Virus record (IMG/VR): IMGVR_UViG_3300045988_102303 | Length of the DNA stretch: 63,687 nucleotides | DNA from: a virus | Reading direction: 5' to 3' (one strand) | In this document: one piece after another, positions 60,431 to 63,687 of the stretch | How the letters are laid out: each line of letters starts with the position of its first letter | Position numbering within the stretch: the first letter of the stretch is position 1 | Program-made: the position numbers and the translations under genes | Notes under the pieces: model-generated | Databases searched by the model: none | Seen by the model: only the letters and a program-made list of their open reading frames with translations | What the model was told of the DNA's origin: nothing

Positions 60431-61198
60431 TTAAAATAGTTTCTTCTGTCTATTACTTAATGTAGCAGCTTTCATTCTATCATTAGCTATATTGAAATAT
60501 TGTGTGTCTAATTCTATCCCAATAAATCTACGATTTGTATTAATGCATGCAACTCCAGTACTTCCGCTGCCCATTGTAAAATCAAGAACTAACTCGTCTT
60601 CATTAGTGTATGTTTTTATAAGATATTCAAGAAGTGCGACTGGTTTTTGTGTAGGGTGTAATCCCCTTTCTGAATTAAATTTCAATACGTTTGACGGATA
60701 ATTAGTATACCATTGTTCATAAGTAGCTCTTTTCTTCTCGCTGGATAAATGCCCTAAATTACCGCCCTTACCTTTATTTGATTGTATTATAGGCTGTTTT
60801 AATTTTATCAATCCTTGCGGATTATATGTTGGCAGTTTCGTATAAAATATATTTATATATTCAGTTTTCTTTAGAGGCATCTTCTTGCAAAGTTGAAAAT
60901 TCACACCTCTCTCCTTTTCCCATATCCAATCATACTTATAATTTTTTATATTACTATTTATTAATTTTGCTGTAAATGGATTATCTGAAAACAATGCTAT
61001 TGCCCCATTGTCTTTTATTAATTTATTTAATCTCTCCCACATTTCGTCAAACGGGATAATAGAATCCCATTTACATGCGGTAGTTCCGTAAGGTGGGTCG
61101 CATATTACTGCGTCCACCTTTACTCCCTGTTCAATTAGTTTATCCATAACTACTAAGCAGTCACCATTATATAATTTATATTCCTCATTATTATTCAT
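60431..61198 (-). CDS. Beta-class DNA (amino) methyltransferase 3 (paralogue of 10471..11271)
   Basis: DPPYGTTACKWD ... RGLHPTQKPVALLEYLIKTYTNE ... DFTMGSGSTG; ends ...NRQKKLF. Confidence 0.85.
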   Translation of the reverse strand: MNNNEEYKLYNGDCLVVMDKLIEQGVKVDAVICDPPYGTTACKWDSIIPFDEMWERLNKLIKDNGAIALFSDNPFTAKLINSNIKNYKYDWIWEKERGVNFQLCKKMPLKKTEYINIFYTKLPTYNPQGLIKLKQPIIQSNKGKGGNLGHLSSEKKRATYEQWYTNYPSNVLKFNSERGLHPTQKPVALLEYLIKTYTNEDELVLDFTMGSGSTGVACINTNRRFIGIELDTQYFNIANDRMKAATLSNRQKKLF

Positions 61199-61219
61199 TT
61201 AAATTAAACCCCCTATATA

Positions 61220-61456
61220 TTATTCTATAGGTTCTAATAAGTTTTCATACCATACCCACTCACCTTCGTCTATGTTTAGTTTATATTCAGGTAAGTCTTC
61301 AAATAACCAATGATTTGATGCCTCTATAATTGTTGCTTCTTTTCCTCCATATTCAAACATTACTCTTGTTATGTCTTCTCCATTGTGTGCTAACTCAACT
61401 AATTGTGCTTTAGGTACTATTCTTACTTTTTGACCTACTGTAAATTTATTTTCCAT
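61220..61456 (-). CDS. Hypothetical protein (78 aa)
   Basis: Compact ORF in operon; no motif recognised. Confidence 0.55.
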   Translation of the reverse strand: MENKFTVGQKVRIVPKAQLVELAHNGEDITRVMFEYGGKEATIIEASNHWLFEDLPEYKLNIDEGEWVWYENLLEPIE

Positions 61457-61460
61457 ACGC

Positions 61461-61661
61461 TTATTCCTCCCTATCTAAAAATTTAATAACACCTTCTGAA
61501 ACTAATTGTGGTATTGACCTTACCACCAATCTTAAAATACAATGTTTACATGCTATATTATTGTTATATTCACATAATACATCTGCACAACATATTGTAT
61601 TTTCGCCCCATAATTTGTCTGGGTATACTATTGCCCATTCGCCTTGAAGATTTATAATCAT
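61461..61661 (-). CDS. Cys-rich small protein, paralogue of 61658..61900 (start 61661 by ATGA coupling; 61676 possible)
   Basis: IVYPDKLWGENTICCADVLCEYNNNIACKHCIL parallels VYPKYPIEP..LGCSHVDCNHINNCNKCML. Confidence 0.55.
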   Translation of the reverse strand: MIINLQGEWAIVYPDKLWGENTICCADVLCEYNNNIACKHCILRLVVRSIPQLVSEGVIKFLDREE

Positions 61662-61900
61662 TTTATCAACTCCCATCTATGCTTATCTAGATTGTAGTTT
61701 TGTATTATTAGTGTCTTAATTTGAAATTGATGACCTTTAGCAAAGTTTAACATACATTTGTTGCAGTTATTTATATGATTACAATCGACGTGTGAACAAC
61801 CTAAATACATGCCACTCTCTATAGGTTCTATCGGATATTTTGGATATACATATAAATCTTCGCCAACTTTTACTCTTTGCATATATTTCATATATGCCAC
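61658..61900 (-). CDS. Cys-rich small protein (80 aa)
   Basis: SD TGAGGAGGTGGCAT-ATG; C-x4-C-x6-C-x2-C cluster. Confidence 0.6.
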   Translation of the reverse strand: MAYMKYMQRVKVGEDLYVYPKYPIEPIESGMYLGCSHVDCNHINNCNKCMLNFAKGHQFQIKTLIIQNYNLDKHRWELIK

Positions 61901-61934
61901 CTCCTCATATTATATTAAATATCCCTCTATACGC

Positions 61935-61970
61935 CCCATACAAAGGTTTTGCGCCTTTGTATGGGTTTTT
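61935..61970 (+). terminator. 12-bp hairpin with a T-run only on the plus-strand side
   Basis: Plus strand CCCATACAAAGG-TTTTGCG-CCTTTGTATGGG-TTTTTAT; on the minus strand the hairpin is followed by GCGTATAG (no U tract). Confidence 0.4.
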
Positions 61971-61973
61971 ATA

Positions 61974-62168
61974 TTATTGTATATTTAGTTGCTCGCATAT
62001 TTCATCTGACAATGGAATTACTCGTATTTCCTGTGCTTCTGTATCATATTCAACTGTGAATTTTGTTTCTTCAGTAACCCCTAACATTGTTCGTATATCT
62101 TTTGGAATACAAATTCTGCCTAATCTATCTATTTGTCTTATATTTGATATTCTTTTTCTTCTATTCAT
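61974..62168 (-). CDS. AbrB/SpoVT-type DNA-binding protein
   Basis: RQIDRLGRICIPKDIRTMLGV matches the swapped-hairpin AbrB motif (D-x-x-GR-I-x-IP). Confidence 0.7.
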   Translation of the reverse strand: MNRRKRISNIRQIDRLGRICIPKDIRTMLGVTEETKFTVEYDTEAQEIRVIPLSDEICEQLNIQ

Positions 62169-62247
62169 ATTTATCCCCCTTGAAATATGTTATTTCTATG
62201 ATAACTTCTAATATTATTACTACTAATACACCTATTATAACTGACAT
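62161..62247 (-). CDS. Mini-ORF, hydrophobic (28 aa, not in ORF track)
   Basis: SD GAGGGGTTAAAAAG-ATG; MSVIIGVLVVIILEVIIEITYFKGDKYE; stop overlaps ATG of abrB-like gene (ATGAATAG). Confidence 0.3.
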   Translation of the reverse strand: MSVIIGVLVVIILEVIIEITYFKGDKYE

Positions 62248-62330
62248 CTTTTTAACCCCTCTAATAATTCCCCAAATGTCATTGTGGGATTTATTGATGC
62301 TATTATTCTAAGTAATGTGATATTATCCAT
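62235..62330 (-). CDS. Mini-ORF (31 aa, not in ORF track)
   Basis: SD GGAGGTATAAAT-ATG; MDNITLLRIIASINPTMTFGELLEGLKRCQL. Confidence 0.3.
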   Translation of the reverse strand: MDNITLLRIIASINPTMTFGELLEGLKRCQL

Positions 62331-62332
62331 AT

Positions 62333-62656
62333 TTATACCTCCTTATTTGAATCTAATAATACTCTTGGGTCTATATCTCCGATATCTTTTTTTAGTACTA
62401 TTCTTAATGGTAGTATTTCATGTGCATTATAGATGTACTTACAAGTTTGTATCTCTTTTGTATCATGTACCCCCAGCACTTTTAAAATAATATTTTGAGT
62501 TAGACAATTATCTATTTTATGACGCTTAGGAGTTGTAAATATACAACCTAGATTTATTAACTCCTCATATACTTGGTCTTTACTTGTTATTTCTCTTGAT
62601 ATTCTTTTGTTTTGAGAAATAATATAAAAAGGTATTCCTTCAATATTGTATGCCAT
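62333..62656 (-). CDS. Hypothetical protein (107 aa)
   Basis: SD TTAGGGGTGAATAGAT-ATG downstream of leader hairpin d and a family-1 promoter. Confidence 0.6.
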   Translation of the reverse strand: MAYNIEGIPFYIISQNKRISREITSKDQVYEELINLGCIFTTPKRHKIDNCLTQNIILKVLGVHDTKEIQTCKYIYNAHEILPLRIVLKKDIGDIDPRVLLDSNKEV

Positions 62657-62686
62657 ATCTATTCACCCCTAATTATATATTTATTT

Positions 62687-62710
62687 GAGTTCTATTTAGA
62701 GTTGGAACTC
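62687..62710 (-). promoter_or_regulatory. Leader stem-loop, variant copy d (GAGTTC-N12-GAACTC)
   Basis: Followed by AAATAAATATATAATTAGGGGTGA SD, the same layout as copies a-c. Confidence 0.4.
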
Positions 62711-62725
62711 ATTAGCAACTTATAT

Positions 62726-62756
62726 GTTATATATAATTTTTACTATTTATTGTTAA
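62726..62756 (-). promoter_or_regulatory. Family-1 promoter (ATTAACA-N17-TATATAAC)
   Basis: Minus strand ATTAACAATAAATAGTAAAAATTATATATAACAT. Confidence 0.6.
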
Positions 62757-62774
62757 TTAGGTTTATCTCTACTA

Positions 62775-63068
62775 TTATCTATATTGACCATAATGATATA
62801 TTAATATTTCAATATCACATTCACATGCATTGATTATTTCCCATGCTTTTGTCATGTTTCTTAATGCATTTATTCCTACTTGTAATGCTTCGACTTTTGT
62901 AAGTTCTAATGTTTCCCCAGTTTTTCTTACTTCATAAGTTGATATTACGTCATCTATACCTAAACTTGTACCTAATCTTTCTATTTTTCCTGCAAATTGT
63001 CTTATTCTGCTATCTCTGCAACTTTCTGCGTATTTTATTTGTTTTTCACTTTTTCCTTCTATTTTCAT
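62775..63068 (-). CDS. Hypothetical protein (97 aa)
   Basis: ATG preceded by TAGGGAAGTGTATAGGCA and leader hairpin c. Confidence 0.6.
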   Translation of the reverse strand: MKIEGKSEKQIKYAESCRDSRIRQFAGKIERLGTSLGIDDVISTYEVRKTGETLELTKVEALQVGINALRNMTKAWEIINACECDIEILIYHYGQYR

Positions 63069-63096
63069 TGCCTATACACTTCCCTAATTTATCTTA

Positions 63097-63120
63097 GAGG
63101 TTTTTATTAGGGGTAACCTC
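63097..63120 (-). promoter_or_regulatory. Conserved 5' leader stem-loop, copy c
   Basis: Minus strand GAGGTTACCCCTAATAAAAACCTC then TAAGATAAATTAGGGAAG. Confidence 0.5.
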
Positions 63121-63134
63121 AAACCCTTTAAGTA

Positions 63135-63687
63135 TTATAATTCTTTACTATCTATAATTGGAGCAACTTCATCTACTGGTTTATTTGGATTTATTTCTAG
63201 TATTAAATGACTTCCTCCGCATTTTTTATGATGGTAACAACCAGTTAATGGATTATAAAGGTATTCTTCATTTGATTTAATTACAGTATTGCAATCTTTA
63301 CATACAAATTTATAAGATATATGACTCTTACTATCTTTATAAGGTAATATCATATCTTTAGTCATTGGTTGTGCCGCATCTATTACTTTTTCTTTATGTT
63401 GTTCTGGAGTTACAACTGTTGTAGATTTTTCTAATGGTTTAACTTCCTTAACTTCTTCTACTGGTTCATTAGGATTATCTATACCTAAATATTCAAGTCC
63501 TAGTTCTGTAATATTATAAGTATAAGTTTTTTCTACTACACCTTTTCTGTAACCACCAGGTACTATAAAATCCATATCTTCTTTTTCTACAAGTCCTAAT
63601 TCTTCAAGTTTATTGAAAGTTCTATCGAACCAATTAGGAGCAACTATTTTAGTAACAGCTGTCATGTTACAATGTATATCTGATACA
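63135..63687 (-). CDS. Winged-helix DNA-binding protein with C-terminal Cys/His zinc-ribbon-like cluster; 3' part of junction-spanning gene (full product 214 aa)
   Basis: With the 38 codons from 78..191: LTQKQQQVLEGLADIL..VTVSDI..FNKLEELGLVEK (wHTH pattern); C-terminal CKDCN...CYHHKKC; reading frame stays open to the window end. Confidence 0.7.
   Translation of the reverse strand, partial: VSDIHCNMTAVTKIVAPNWFDRTFNKLEELGLVEKEDMDFIVPGGYRKGVVEKTYTYNITELGLEYLGIDNPNEPVEEVKEVKPLEKSTTVVTPEQHKEKVIDAAQPMTKDMILPYKDSKSHISYKFVCKDCNTVIKSNEEYLYNPLTGCYHHKKCGGSHLILEINPNKPVDEVAPIIDSKEL
63589..63687. repeat. Terminal direct repeat, copy 2
   Basis: Identical to 1..99. Confidence 0.95.

Noticed and set aside
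1-63687. tRNA, rRNA, CRISPR array, integrase/lysogeny module, reverse transcriptase/DGR
   Set aside because: No cloverleaf-like GC-rich ~75-nt islands were seen outside the two introns, and no regularly spaced direct repeats with unique spacers. I also saw no tyrosine or serine recombinase motifs and no RT motifs. The tail-fibre tandem repeat is a plain in-frame duplication, not a TR/VR pair.

Overview
This window is a complete phage genome written as a linearised circle. Bases 1-99 recur exactly at 63589-63687, so the unique length is 63,588 bp, and one gene (63135..63687 continuing into 100..191) crosses the junction. The DNA is strongly AT-rich and uses Gram-positive-type AGGAGG/AAGGGG Shine-Dalgarno sites. 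Every credible gene (about 95, including several <60-aa ORFs missing from the ORF track) is on the minus strand; the plus-strand ORFs in the track look like antisense shadows. I saw no integrase/repressor module, tRNA, rRNA or CRISPR array, so it reads as a virulent siphovirus-type phage of a low-GC Firmicute. In transcription order (descending coordinates): (1) Early block 30634->25775: small acidic proteins, SNF2 helicase, MerR-like HTH, Bro-N protein, and a ~700-bp gene-free array of promoter/terminator mini-units. (2) Replication and nucleotide metabolism 25598->1878: DnaI-like loader, DnaB, DnaG, a sigma-like factor, class II RNR split by an ORF-less group I intron, gp32-like SSB, family A DNA polymerase split by a group I intron carrying an I-HmuI-like HNH gene, beta clamp, Cas4-like nuclease, RecU, two DNA MTases, dUTPase, RecA-like protein, a second sigma factor, HD hydrolase, DnaX/delta-prime/delta clamp loader, divergent ThyX, DUF1599. 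(3) A second early-looking block 1811->60431 across the junction: lipoprotein, wHTH protein, AbrB, Cys-rich paralogues, third MTase. (4) Packaging, head, tail and lysis genes 60187->30771. Best candidates for new biology: (a) all three DNA methyltransferases end in a free C-terminal QK[K/H]LF, a beta-clamp-binding-type motif, in a phage that carries its own clamp and clamp loader, suggesting replication-coupled methylation; (b) an array of short promoter-to-terminator units whose transcripts display C-rich anti-Shine-Dalgarno motifs (candidate sRNAs); (c) a pseudoknot plus A-rich repeat leader in front of the gp32-like SSB gene, resembling the T4 gene 32 autoregulatory operator; (d) a MuF-metalloprotease fusion with a candidate immunity ORF; (e) a divergent ThyX/DUF1599 pair hinting at non-canonical pyrimidine metabolism. 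All functional calls rest on motifs read by eye; no database search was possible.
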